Virus record (IMG/VR): IMGVR_UViG_3300049856_000084
Location: 915 to 64,914 of that record
Reading direction: 5' to 3' (one strand)
DNA from: a virus
Taxonomy: Duplodnaviria; Caudoviricetes
DNA length: 64,000 nucleotides
Shown: positions 1-8,855 of the stretch, piece after piece
How positions within the stretch are numbered: position 1 is the first letter of the stretch
Layout: every line of letters begins with the position of its first letter
Position numbers and translations under genes: made by a program
The notes under the pieces: model-generated
Told to the model about the DNA's origin: nothing
Seen by the model: only the letters and a program-made list of their open reading frames with translations
Database searches by the model: none

Positions 1-591
1 AGCTTTGGCGGAACAACTATAACTCTAAATTCTGGCGCTGGTACTAACTTCCCGATGACTTCGAGCGGCGGCAAATGGGGATTAGGTGCTGGAGCAACCT
101 CGCCCAGCTATTTTATGACCGTGATTCCGACAGCAAACGTTACAGCCTCTCAGACCTTCTTCCTTCAAGATGGAACGGCGAGCACTGGGAAGACTGGGGC
201 TGTCATCAAGGCTGGTGCTGGGGATGCGGCAACGGACAAGCTATTTCAGACGCAGAATAATAGCGGGACACTTACCTCAAGCATCACCCGCGACGGGGAT
301 ATTTCTGCCCATACGTTGACCGGTATTGGAACGGCCCCAACTGTATCTTCGGGCACAATTGGCACTGGGGCAAGGAATTTAGCTGGCTTTATCACTTCAA
401 CTACAACCGGGGCTTATACTGGTGTACTAACTTTTAGCGGACTCACTGCTCCCGTAGGTTGGGCATGTGCAGTTTCAAATAATACAACTGCCAACTTGAT
501 TAGGCAGACAGCCTATACGACCACAACAGCAACTTTCGCAGGGACAACGGTAAGCGGCGACGTTCTGACGTACAACTGCATTGCATTCTAA
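1..591 (+). CDS. Tail fibre/spike protein, C-terminal part (5' truncated by window)
   Basis: Frame is open from base 1 (SFGGTTITLNSGAG...); G/T/A/S-rich beta-strand sequence ending in TYNCIAF; lies just upstream of the lysis genes. Confidence 0.65.
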   Translation, partial: SFGGTTITLNSGAGTNFPMTSSGGKWGLGAGATSPSYFMTVIPTANVTASQTFFLQDGTASTGKTGAVIKAGAGDAATDKLFQTQNNSGTLTSSITRDGDISAHTLTGIGTAPTVSSGTIGTGARNLAGFITSTTTGAYTGVLTFSGLTAPVGWACAVSNNTTANLIRQTAYTTTTATFAGTTVSGDVLTYNCIAF

Positions 592-606
592 GGAGAAAAG
601 AGAAAA

Positions 607-1095
607 ATGAAACTGCTACTCTTTGTAATATTCGCGGCTTCGGCATTCGCGCAGACGACGGTTAACGCTTCGGCGGTGCTACTGGATACAAACGCCACTG
701 GGGCACTTGCACGGTGGATGATGGGGCAAAACACAGCGGCGAGCACCACGCTTGCATCGCCTATCGACGCCGTATCGAATACGTTCACGCTTGCGAGTGG
801 TACTGGCTTCGGAGCCACTTCGGCTATCGTGGTCAACGGCGTTGAAATAGCCCAATGCACTGTAAAGGCTGGGGCTGTGCTCACCTGTACTCGTGCGCAG
901 ATCGGAACCACGGCGGTAGCTCATGCGGCTGGCGTGTCGGTGAAGGAAATGATATACAAGACTCCGAATCAAGCGGGCACTGAACTCATGCGGGGACAAC
1001 TCAAAGGCATTATGAGGTCCGACCAAGTGATTCAGGCGCAAGTTGCGGCGGCTGCGGCTGCTGCTGAAGCTATTATTGCAGCCGGGGTGCAATGA
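607..1095 (+). CDS. Signal-peptide protein with virion-type beta module
   Basis: AAGGAG RBS; MKLLLFVIFAASAFAQ Sec signal; TTLASPI..TFTLASGTGF..E..LTCTRA.GTTA.AH module also in the 42730 and 51959 proteins. Confidence 0.7.
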   Translation: MKLLLFVIFAASAFAQTTVNASAVLLDTNATGALARWMMGQNTAASTTLASPIDAVSNTFTLASGTGFGATSAIVVNGVEIAQCTVKAGAVLTCTRAQIGTTAVAHAAGVSVKEMIYKTPNQAGTELMRGQLKGIMRSDQVIQAQVAAAAAAAEAIIAAGVQ

Positions 1096-1661
1096 TCGAC
1101 AGCATCCTATTCGCTGACCGCTGGGAAGCGGCCCACAAGCTCACGGAGCTAGGGCGTGCGAATCTGCGCCGTCTGGTGCAGTGGCTTGAAGATGCCCCCA
1201 CAATGGCCGATGACCGCTGGAAAGCCTACGCTCTTGCGACCGTGTGCCGTGAGTGCGGCTCAGAGTTCGATATGACCATCAAAGAGCGTGGCAAGCCTGA
1301 ATACTTCAAGAAGTACGATGGCAGGTATGGGAACGTGAATCCAGGCGATGGATATCGGTATCGCGGGCGTGGTCCAGTTCAGTTAACATTCTTGGACAAC
1401 TACGCGAAGTTCGGGAAACTGCTTGGCTTGGATCTGGTGAATGATCCCGATCTGGCGTGTGTCCCCGAGAACGGCGTCAAGATCATGGTCCAGGGTATGG
1501 TTGCCGGAATGTTTACGGGCGTCTCGCTGCACAAGTACATCGATAATCTGAAGACGGATTACTTGAACGCACGGCGGATCATCAACGGGCTGGATCATGC
1601 GCAAGAGATTGCGGATAACGCGCAAGCGTTCATCGACATTTACAAAGAGGTACGCGCTTGA
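1092..1661 (+). CDS. Endolysin, glycoside hydrolase family 19 (chitinase/lysozyme-like)
   Basis: LATxxxE, GDGYRYRGRGPVQLT..NY, LVNDPDLA and ARRIINGLD motifs of phage GH19 lysins. Confidence 0.9.
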   Translation: MIDSILFADRWEAAHKLTELGRANLRRLVQWLEDAPTMADDRWKAYALATVCRECGSEFDMTIKERGKPEYFKKYDGRYGNVNPGDGYRYRGRGPVQLTFLDNYAKFGKLLGLDLVNDPDLACVPENGVKIMVQGMVAGMFTGVSLHKYIDNLKTDYLNARRIINGLDHAQEIADNAQAFIDIYKEVRA

Positions 1662-1791
1662 GGAACCGAGTCATGGGCGTTTGCGCGTATTTGGGCGGCG
1701 CTGCATTATTATGGGTATTGATAGAATGGTTACTTGGTTAGGGTGGGCGTTCTTGGTTTGGTTCGTTTGGAATCTGATTGAGTGAGGGAAT

Positions 1792-2019
1792 ATGGATTGG
1801 CAATCTTCAGTAGCTCGCAAATCGGTAGATCGATTCTTCAAGGGCAAGCTCGGTCGTAGCATCATCGTTGCGGCCTCCGGCGCTGGACTGACCGTATACA
1901 ACAACTGGAAGGTCTACGGTACGGTCTGGGAAGGGATTGACGAACTATGGACAGCCGTGGGTGGCGCTGTTGTGCTAACCGTTGTACTCCATCTAAAAAG
2001 CCAAGGGGAAGAGAAATAA
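1792..2019 (+). CDS. Putative holin
   Basis: 75 aa with two hydrophobic segments and a charged C-terminus, next to the endolysin. Confidence 0.5.
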   Translation: MDWQSSVARKSVDRFFKGKLGRSIIVAASGAGLTVYNNWKVYGTVWEGIDELWTAVGGAVVLTVVLHLKSQGEEK

Positions 2020-2637
2020 ATGGACGTTCAAGAGGTAGTAGAATTTGCGCAAAAGTGGCAGGCTGCTATTGCAACTGGTGTCGCCATCGGCGGCGCGGTG
2101 ATAAGCTGGAAGCCCGTTCAGGATATTCGCGTTTCTCTGGCTCAATTGCGCCCAAACGGTGGAACATCGCTGCATGACAAGGTGACCAGCATCGATAACC
2201 GACTGTGCAAGCTCGAATCCATAAATCTCGCAGACTTCCAAGACGATCATGAAATGCGGTTCTATTCCGATAAAGATGGGCTGTGCGAAATTGCAAACAC
2301 TGCCTACCTCACAACGATGAAGAGGCAACTTTACGAGGTTACTGGTCACTCATGGCCTCAGTGCATCTACGAGGATGATCGGGAAATGGTGATACGCAAG
2401 TGGGATGCGGCTGTAAAAGACAAGCGCAGCTTCCATTTGGAATATCGTATGGTTGACCGCGATCAGAATATTATCCACGTAATGTGTGATGCATCCATGA
2501 TGGTTGACCTTGCCGGAGTGGTACAGGGGTGGAAAGGTGTCATCACAAAGAAAGAAACACCTAACCCCGTAGCCACGGCGGCGCTAACTTTAGGCGCATT
2601 CGCGGCGGCAACGGTGCTAACATTGGCAGCAGGTTAA
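2020..2637 (+). CDS. Membrane-anchored PAS-domain protein
   Basis: N-terminal TM, then PAS/PAC pattern (WPQCIYEDDREMVIRKW...FHLEYRM...VQGWKGVI) and a hydrophobic C-tail. Confidence 0.75.
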   Translation: MDVQEVVEFAQKWQAAIATGVAIGGAVISWKPVQDIRVSLAQLRPNGGTSLHDKVTSIDNRLCKLESINLADFQDDHEMRFYSDKDGLCEIANTAYLTTMKRQLYEVTGHSWPQCIYEDDREMVIRKWDAAVKDKRSFHLEYRMVDRDQNIIHVMCDASMMVDLAGVVQGWKGVITKKETPNPVATAALTLGAFAAATVLTLAAG

Positions 2638-3383
2638 ACCCTCGCCCACGTTTTGCGCTGTAGAAGCAGGTAAATGTTTTGAGTGGCTATCCCGTATTCC
2701 TTGGAAAGATCGCAGACAGTAGCACCATTCTCACGCTTCTTGCGAATCTCCACGGCTTGAATGGCGGTTAGTTTCCCATGATAGGCACGTTCCCCATGGG
2801 TTGTGCGGCCCTTCGCAACCATGTCATTGTTATTGTCCGTTCGAGTCCCAACAAACATGTGTTCAGGATTTGTGCAAGGCGGATTGTCGCAGTGGTGGCA
2901 TAGGCACATGTCATCTGGAACAGGCTCTTTGAATTCCCCGTAAACAAACCGATGAGCTAGTACATTCTTTCCATCTATAAATATCCGTCCATACCCAGAT
3001 CGTTCCAGCTTCCCCACCCAAACCCAGCATCCATGGATATCAACAATCCTATTGGCCAAGGATGGCAGTTTTTCTAGAATAGCCGATGGCGCTTTACTTG
3101 TATCCGACATGGCGATCAGCTTTGGATTGAACTGATGATGGTAAGGCGAAACGCAATCGTCAGTTTCACATGTACGTTTGCCTACAAGAGATGGGCTAAG
3201 ATCTGGTTCAACAAACAGCTTATACATCAGCCTCGATACTACCTCGCCCTTCCCGTTAAACCAAATGAGGGCTTTCCCTCGATGGTTCAAAGAACCACGC
3301 CATACCCAGCATCCATCTGGTTGGAAATAGATTCTTTCACGTATACGTGCGGGCAAATTGTTGATAGAATATTGTTCAGGCAT
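2634..3383 (-). CDS. HNH homing endonuclease with duplicated HNH domain
   Basis: Two GCWVW.G repeats; the second has intact LAHR...CHHCDNPPCTNPEH...GT..DN; C-terminal HTH. Confidence 0.88.
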   Translation of the reverse strand: MPEQYSINNLPARIRERIYFQPDGCWVWRGSLNHRGKALIWFNGKGEVVSRLMYKLFVEPDLSPSLVGKRTCETDDCVSPYHHQFNPKLIAMSDTSKAPSAILEKLPSLANRIVDIHGCWVWVGKLERSGYGRIFIDGKNVLAHRFVYGEFKEPVPDDMCLCHHCDNPPCTNPEHMFVGTRTDNNNDMVAKGRTTHGERAYHGKLTAIQAVEIRKKRENGATVCDLSKEYGIATQNIYLLLQRKTWARV

Positions 3384-3482
3384 TGCGGACTCCCTTAAAG
3401 TTCGTAAAGTTTAGAGCTGGCCGGATGCGGAAACATCCTACCAGTTCGTTCAAGTTTAACACGGCAAGGAGCTTTAATTCAA

Positions 3483-3668
3483 ATGGCAAATGATAATGAT
3501 CCCCACATCCCAAGTTGCCCGCCAACGTGCGAAGCGTTGCTATTCAACGCATTTACCAAAGGGCAGCAGGGCGAATTCAAAGACCAAGCAGCCGCTGCAA
3601 AGGCTTTCTGGAAGACAGTCCACGACGAGTACCATCGTCTCGTTGACTTAGCCACAAAAAAGGCGTAA
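3483..3668 (+). CDS. Hypothetical protein (stand-alone, moron-like)
   Basis: AAGGAG RBS upstream; followed by a terminator hairpin. Confidence 0.5.
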   Translation: MANDNDPHIPSCPPTCEALLFNAFTKGQQGEFKDQAAAAKAFWKTVHDEYHRLVDLATKKA

Positions 3669-3711
3669 GCTGTAATCAGTCTTCTTTCCTTTGATCTAAG
3701 CGCATGCACAA

Positions 3712-3738
3712 GGCCCCCTACTTGGGGGCTTTCTTGTT
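3712..3738. terminator. Rho-independent, probably bidirectional terminator
   Basis: GCCCCC-TACTT-GGGGGC hairpin with T-rich tail between convergent genes. Confidence 0.7.
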
Positions 3739-3758
3739 TCTGGTTCAATGAACGAGAA

Positions 3759-4064
3759 TCAGACTTCGTTGGGGTGTAAAACCAAGGCTGAATCGTCGAC
3801 CACTTGAACGCCTTCCGGCATTCGAGTCTGCCAAGTGAAAACCTGCCCATTCTTCCGCATTCTGGTTTTGAATCGCCGAAACGAATGGATCATATTCTCT
3901 TCCTCTTCGGAAAGAATGTTGATTTCCTTCGTGGCTATCATCTGCTTCATCTGCTTGCGTAGCCTTGCTCTAGCTTCAAGTTCGGCCAGTTCATCCATCT
4001 GTTCTGCTGTTTTCAAATCAGCGAAGGCACGCATACTTAATTCAGTTGCGGTACGATCTTGCAT
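3759..4064 (-). CDS. Hypothetical phage protein
   Basis: Tightly packed in a leftward operon, AGGAG RBS. Confidence 0.6.
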   Translation of the reverse strand: MQDRTATELSMRAFADLKTAEQMDELAELEARARLRKQMKQMIATKEINILSEEEENMIHSFRRFKTRMRKNGQVFTWQTRMPEGVQVVDDSALVLHPNEV

Positions 4065-4065
4065 T

Positions 4066-4386
4066 TTAGGCTCCTGGTTTCTTGTGTTCGTCGGTCACTA
4101 CAAATTCACTAACGTCGGAAGGCGGTCCTTTCTTGCCTTGCGCCTCCCGGTATTGGCGAAACAAAAGCAGAGTTTGAATTGCTTCTTGTTTCTGAAACTT
4201 CAATTCTGTCATAAAGAAGTGGACCAAAAATGCATCCTGTTCTGAAGCCTCAATCGCTTCAAGGATATTCTTCGCGTGGTCTCTGGCCTCTGCTGGCCCC
4301 ATCTGACAGATAACCTTATCGCCAAACAGCAATTGGACGAATGGTTCGAGCTTGCTATTAATTCCTGATTGATGCCAAAGTATCAT
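4066..4386 (-). CDS. Hypothetical phage protein
   Basis: Packed leftward operon, protein-like composition. Confidence 0.6.
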   Translation of the reverse strand: MILWHQSGINSKLEPFVQLLFGDKVICQMGPAEARDHAKNILEAIEASEQDAFLVHFFMTELKFQKQEAIQTLLLFRQYREAQGKKGPPSDVSEFVVTDEHKKPGA

Positions 4387-4394
4387 ATATCCCT

Positions 4395-4613
4395 TTACTT
4401 GGGGGCTTTCGTGCGTTTTGCATCCTTCAACCGTCGAAGTTTAAGTTCCCCAGCCGCTCGCATATTCAAGCCACGTGACTCAACTACCCGAAAGCGGCGG
4501 ATGCCATCGGTGATAATGTCGCCAGCCTCAATGTCGAAATTACGGATGCTGGAATCAATGTGGCAATCGAAGTGCCATGTTGTGCGTCCGCGCTTGTCGG
4601 TACTCTTAGTCAT
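4395..4613 (-). CDS. Hypothetical protein ending KRTKAPK
   Basis: ATGA overlap with upstream gene, with which it shares its C-terminus. Confidence 0.55.
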   Translation of the reverse strand: MTKSTDKRGRTTWHFDCHIDSSIRNFDIEAGDIITDGIRRFRVVESRGLNMRAAGELKLRRLKDAKRTKAPK

Positions 4614-4927
4614 TTGGGGGCTTTCGTGCGTTTAGGCACAATATCGTACCCGCATTTGTCCAATGCAATTCGTAGGAAATCGAAGCCCACGTTACTCCCA
4701 AGCCATTGGATAACCGTGGCGTAAAATACTGAGGCTTGCTCTGTTCCGGCCAAGGTAACTGTTCCAGCAAGCCGCTGCACTGTAGCGTAATCGCCTACAG
4801 GCATGCCTTTGTTTTGCTTCTCCCATTCAAGGGCAAACGCTTCCTCGCGTGGGTTTTCCTGTTCATCCAGCAGCCGCTTGCTGTGCAGCCCGCGATTCTT
4901 CAATGCTTTGATTTGCTTTTCCGTCAT
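4610..4927 (-). CDS. Hypothetical protein ending KRTKAPK
   Basis: GAGGGG RBS; ATVIQWLGSNVG.F motif recalled from phage hypotheticals. Confidence 0.65.
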   Translation of the reverse strand: MTEKQIKALKNRGLHSKRLLDEQENPREEAFALEWEKQNKGMPVGDYATVQRLAGTVTLAGTEQASVFYATVIQWLGSNVGFDFLRIALDKCGYDIVPKRTKAPK

Positions 4928-4991
4928 CGCATCCCCTCGCTGCTATGCCCCAATTCGTCAGCCTCAATCTGTTCCAGCGTCAGCGGCGGGT

Positions 4992-5189
4992 TCATTTGGT
5001 TCTCCATTTGCCAACCACGGTTGACACCTTCACTTCTCGGAATTTCACGTTAGTGATATTGCCAGATCGGTCGTTCCAAGCCTTCATGGTTTTTCTAGCA
5101 TTGGCCAAGGTAGCTCGCCTGACAATCCAATAATCGACGTCACCGCATACAGTGGCCGCAACTTCGTAATGCACCTTAGTGGTTTTCAT
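4992..5189 (-). CDS. Hypothetical protein
   Basis: GGAGG RBS, ATGA overlap. Confidence 0.5.
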   Translation of the reverse strand: MKTTKVHYEVAATVCGDVDYWIVRRATLANARKTMKAWNDRSGNITNVKFREVKVSTVVGKWRTK

Positions 5190-5578
5190 TCCGCCTCCAG
5201 TGGCATCGGGATAGGGCAGTGGCGTTTCACGTATCGCTCATCCATGACACGATTATCGTCCGAGAAATGCACAAAGCAATAATCCACCTGCCCTGATTCC
5301 CACTCAATCAGGTAGCGGCCCTTCCCGTCGCGCGGAACTGGCCCATCCACCCAGCGCATCTGCGCGGCCTCCAGTGCCTTAGCGTTCCAAGCCCATACTT
5401 GAAGCATGGTCCGCGTTATCTCGACGCCACCAAGAGCCGTGGGGTCATTTGCCATCTGTTCAATCACTTCACTCAGCTTCATCTTAGGCTTAGGATGCGG
5501 GCTGCTGGAACTTCCATCTCTCGGCATACCAATGGCATCCATGATATCGTCGTCAGTGCTCCCGAAGTTACCCATCAC
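5186..5578 (-). CDS. Hypothetical protein, DUF551-like C-terminus
   Basis: RWVDGPVP.DG..YLIEW...RHCPIP.P pattern; resembles 21183-21449. Confidence 0.55.
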   Translation of the reverse strand: MMGNFGSTDDDIMDAIGMPRDGSSSSPHPKPKMKLSEVIEQMANDPTALGGVEITRTMLQVWAWNAKALEAAQMRWVDGPVPRDGKGRYLIEWESGQVDYCFVHFSDDNRVMDERYVKRHCPIPMPLEAE

Positions 5579-5774
5579 TTCACCTCTTCAATCCTGCGAA
5601 TCAATACCCAAACCTGATCAGCCTTGCATCGATCAAATGTACCTTTAGTGAGTTGATGCACAAACGAATCGCCTTGCTCTCGGCTGGAATCGTCTTTCGG
5701 TCTGCCTAAGTTTCGGCAATGGCAGCATAGCGTTGCCGCGTGGAGCGTTAGATCGACAATAGTAAATGATTCCA

Positions 5775-5966
5775 TCACTTCACCGCCTTGGTGGGGTTGG
5801 GTGCATCGTGCTGGCGAAATGCGGCCCATCCTTCGAGGATCTCTTCGTACTTCTCGCGTAGGCTCATACGATCTTGCGCCGCGAGTACCTTCAGGATTTG
5901 GTTCGCCGCTTCGCTGACGGTCACCTGCATTCGGAGCTTCGCTGGTTGCTTCTTTGGTCTTGCCAT
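5775..5966 (-). CDS. Ribbon-helix-helix DNA-binding protein
   Basis: MARPKK...RMQVTVS strand, two helices and DRMSL turn. Confidence 0.6.
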   Translation of the reverse strand: MARPKKQPAKLRMQVTVSEAANQILKVLAAQDRMSLREKYEEILEGWAAFRQHDAPNPTKAVK

Positions 5967-6205
5967 TAGAACTGTACCTCGTCTCTCTCTTCCAGTAACC
6001 GATGAAGCCGTTGGTTTTCAGTAATCAATTCGAGCATGTTTCCAGCCATCTCAATCACCTGCTTTTGCAATTGGCTTGCTAAGCGTAGTAATTCAGGCGA
6101 CTCTGGGCTTGCTTCGATTATTGGCATTTTGATCGCTTCTCGCAATTCCGCCATATGGCGCGCAAGTTCCGCTTCGGCTTGTTTGAGTTCGTTTTCTAGG
6201 ATCAT
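5966..6205 (-). CDS. Helical hypothetical protein (leaderless start)
   Basis: TACTAT-N6-ATG upstream on the minus strand. Confidence 0.5.
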   Translation of the reverse strand: MILENELKQAEAELARHMAELREAIKMPIIEASPESPELLRLASQLQKQVIEMAGNMLELITENQRLHRLLEERDEVQF

Positions 6206-6343
6206 GAAAATATAGTACACCAAAGGTATTGACAATTACAAGTAGTATCTGATAATATTTATCTTGACTAAGGCTTACCGCCGATGTCGTGATTGAATGG
6301 GATGCGCCGTTGCCCACGGGCGGCGCATTAAAGGGAGAGTTCA

Positions 6344-6655
6344 GTGCTGTTGACATTGATATATTTGATCGGCGTAGCAAGCGGCCTCTTCCTGTATCGG
6401 GCGCATCTATACGTACAATCAATGATGAAGAGAGAGCTTGCGCGGCGATTGCGTAAGAAGGCTGAGACGTTTGGGAATTGCGCCCCTGTGATGATTTTGG
6501 AAGTACTTTCTGCTAAGTCAAAGCCGATGAGAGTAAACGATATTCATTTGGCGTTGCCGGATATTTCGGCCATGACAATCCGTGGTGCTCTCACTAGAAT
6601 GGTTAAGGATGGGCGAGTCAAGAAATGTGAGCGCGGTGAATATGCGGCGCATTAA
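6344..6655 (+). CDS. Membrane-anchored winged-helix protein
   Basis: N-terminal TM then ILEVL...TIRGALTRMVKDGRVKK.ERGEY. Confidence 0.6.
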   Translation: MLLTLIYLIGVASGLFLYRAHLYVQSMMKRELARRLRKKAETFGNCAPVMILEVLSAKSKPMRVNDIHLALPDISAMTIRGALTRMVKDGRVKKCERGEYAAH

Positions 6656-6664
6656 AGGAGCAGC

Positions 6665-6850
6665 ATGATTAATGCATTTGAGCAGTGGTGGGAAGCCGAG
6701 TGCCATAAAGATAGGGACGTAGGAGTATGGTCGAGCGAGTCTCAGTACGATGTGGCCGAAGCCGCTTTCGCCGCTGGCGTGGAGTATGGGCGCGAGTTCG
6801 AGCGTAAGATTACTTCGCCCCACGCAGACCTGAAGCTGTTCACCTACTAG
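6665..6850 (+). CDS. Hypothetical phage protein
   Basis: AAGGAG RBS; AFEQWW...A.AAF.AG motif. Confidence 0.55.
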   Translation: MINAFEQWWEAECHKDRDVGVWSSESQYDVAEAAFAAGVEYGREFERKITSPHADLKLFTY

Positions 6851-6852
6851 CC

Positions 6853-7326
6853 ATGAGCCGACGATTAGAAGCGCTTCGCAATCTCGCAGAACGCCCCGGC
6901 ACTGAGGCTGAGGGCCGCGTGGCGCGTGCGATGTACGAGAAAGCCAAGGGCAAGCGGGTGGGCCATCCAACTAAAGTCTATTGGGACGAAGTTGATATCC
7001 TCCCCGAACGCTTAATGTGTGACTGTGGTTCTCGGTATTGGATGTTTCGCGGGTGCACTGAATTAGCGAAGCACAAGCTGGTACGAGAATTTGGGGAAGT
7101 GTTCTTCCCGCCCGGTACGCGAATCTACTATAACTGCTGGGCATATGCGCAAAACTCACCCGGTGTGGTTGTGCCATCAAAAACCTGCGATTGGAACTGG
7201 ATGCGGATTAAGTTCGATCATCTGAAGCAACCACGCAAGGTGCCAGTGTTTCGCAAGGGCAAGTGGTTGATCTCAACTGAACCATTATCGAAGGAGACCG
7301 CTGATGAACTGTACCACCTCGTCTAA
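6853..7326 (+). CDS. Hypothetical phage protein
   Basis: RLEALRNLAERPGTEAEG..AR N-terminus (DUF2786-like). Confidence 0.6.
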   Translation: MSRRLEALRNLAERPGTEAEGRVARAMYEKAKGKRVGHPTKVYWDEVDILPERLMCDCGSRYWMFRGCTELAKHKLVREFGEVFFPPGTRIYYNCWAYAQNSPGVVVPSKTCDWNWMRIKFDHLKQPRKVPVFRKGKWLISTEPLSKETADELYHLV

Positions 7327-7561
7327 GCCACCATGCGAGTGCCACTCGTGCCAGCGGTCTAGGCGCGTGGATGCGGCGATAGAGGCACTATTCAATTCAA
7401 AGGTGTTCCAGTCTAACAATCCGGTAATACATGAACTGGTGGAGTGCATCGACCTATTGCGCTTTAATTTATTCAACGCCGAAACCGAGATTCAGGTGCT
7501 CAAGCAAAAGCTTGACGCGCCGCCGAAACAGGCGCATAATGCGGATAGTGGTCCAGCCTAA
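7304..7561 (+). CDS. Hypothetical protein
   Basis: AAGGAG RBS; CECHSC motif then coiled coil. Confidence 0.5.
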   Translation: MNCTTSSKPPCECHSCQRSRRVDAAIEALFNSKVFQSNNPVIHELVECIDLLRFNLFNAETEIQVLKQKLDAPPKQAHNADSGPA

Positions 7562-7745
7562 GTGCGAGTACTGGCTGGTTGGAAGTTAGAGAGGCGGTCC
7601 TAAATAAGCATCTGTCTCTATAGCCACGATTCAAGTTTTCCGTATTCCACATAGGAGGTACAGCTATAAGCGAAAAGTTACCTAGGGGGATCGAAATTAC
7701 TTCCAATTTTCTGTACACAAGGCCCGGAGCAATCCGGGCTTTGCT
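7547..7745 (+). ncRNA. Candidate ~200-nt structured ncRNA with its own promoter and terminator
   Basis: TTGACG(7512)-17-CATAAT(7535); several helices; GGCCCGGA-GCAA-TCCGGGCT terminator 7721-7740; no plausible ORF on this strand. Confidence 0.6.
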
Positions 7746-7833
7746 GTGTTAATATAGGAATTGTCGAGGTACACATTGACGAAACGCGCGTGAACGGCGC
7801 ATGGCTCTGAAGGCTGTGCGCTGATTCGCATTT

Positions 7834-8079
7834 CTAATGGTTATTGGCAAATCCGCCTTCAAATCCAGGTGGGTCAGACGGTTCCCAATCGGGGGACAAT
7901 CTCCACCTTGCTTCTTTGTACTTCCGTTCCTCAATATGTTCTAAGATGGCATTTAGCCATGGTTCTGCTTGCGTAATCTGGCTCAAGTTCTCCATCTCAA
8001 TAGCCACATCGTGCAACCGTTGTTCGATGGTTCGATTCAGACAATGCGAACAGGGAATTGTAGTTTTTCTATCGGCCAT
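7834..8079 (-). CDS. Hypothetical protein
   Basis: GGAAGGG RBS, TAATG overlap. Confidence 0.5.
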   Translation of the reverse strand: MADRKTTIPCSHCLNRTIEQRLHDVAIEMENLSQITQAEPWLNAILEHIEERKYKEARWRLSPDWEPSDPPGFEGGFANNH

Positions 8080-8378
8080 TAGCGATTCCCTTCCTTTTCT
8101 AAAACGGTAAACTCAGTCAGTGTTATCTTATCTGAGTAGCAATCAGAGCAACTGTAGGACCGCGAAAAATCATCGACCGTCCAAGATACTCCACAATCCC
8201 TGCAATGCATTTTGCCGGGAAGAATAGCTTCGCCCCATCGCGGAGTGGCAAGCCTTATCTGACGTCGCCACGTTCGCCACATCAAATCAACCACATTTGA
8301 GTTAGGAACTGGGAATAAATCGATTCTACATCGATACCGTTTCCATATTTCTGGTTCCATCGCTTCTCTCCTATCCAA
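8079..8378 (-). CDS. Zn-ribbon hypothetical protein
   Basis: CRDC...CSDC; true start may be a few codons downstream. Confidence 0.5.
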   Translation of the reverse strand: MDRREAMEPEIWKRYRCRIDLFPVPNSNVVDLMWRTWRRQIRLATPRWGEAILPGKMHCRDCGVSWTVDDFSRSYSCSDCYSDKITLTEFTVLEKEGNR

Positions 8379-8439
8379 AATTTGAACATCTGTTCGGAAG
8401 GTTCGTAAGTGTTCTTTGTTTTAGTGTATGCTTTTGTTC

Positions 8440-8855
8440 GGTTTTCAGCAGAGAGGTCCCAGCCCGAGCAAGCTCAGGTCAAGACCTCAATGGTATGCCT
8501 CCGCCCGGCCCCCATTGGCGCTTGCGCTGTTATGCCAAACGCTTCCCAGACTTCCAAGGTATAACCCCTGTCTCCGCGCTCTAGAATCAGTCCCCACGCT
8601 GCCACTTTGGAGATACCATTCTTGTGGCTTTCGACTTTCACCGCACGACCGTGATTTCAGACGCCTAATGCAGTGAGCACACGTCGGCCCGGCTTGGGGT
8701 TGAATCGAATTGTGAGAGCGCAAGGCATTTTCAAATTACCGTTTTATCTACCCTATCAATCTTCAGAAAGGGTAGGGGGTCTGGGTAGACCCCACAGCAA
8801 TCTGAGGAGATTGAAAGTTTTGAATCCCCGGCCAAAGGGAACAGCATCAAAGCTC
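8440..8855 (-). ncRNA. Candidate large structured RNA or long leader
   Basis: Minus-strand TTGACG(8890)-17-TATCCT promoter; at least five hairpins and one long-range helix; no convincing ORF. Confidence 0.45.

Noticed and set aside
7590-7620. Twister or hammerhead ribozyme call for the 7547 RNA
   Set aside because: The GGUCCUAAAUAAGC loop is only loosely twister-like, and I could not place the other conserved elements or a CUGANGA core
8620-8660. Group II intron domain V (minus-strand GUGCGGUGAAAGUCG)
   Set aside because: The lower stem and catalytic triad do not form, and there is no RT or interrupted gene
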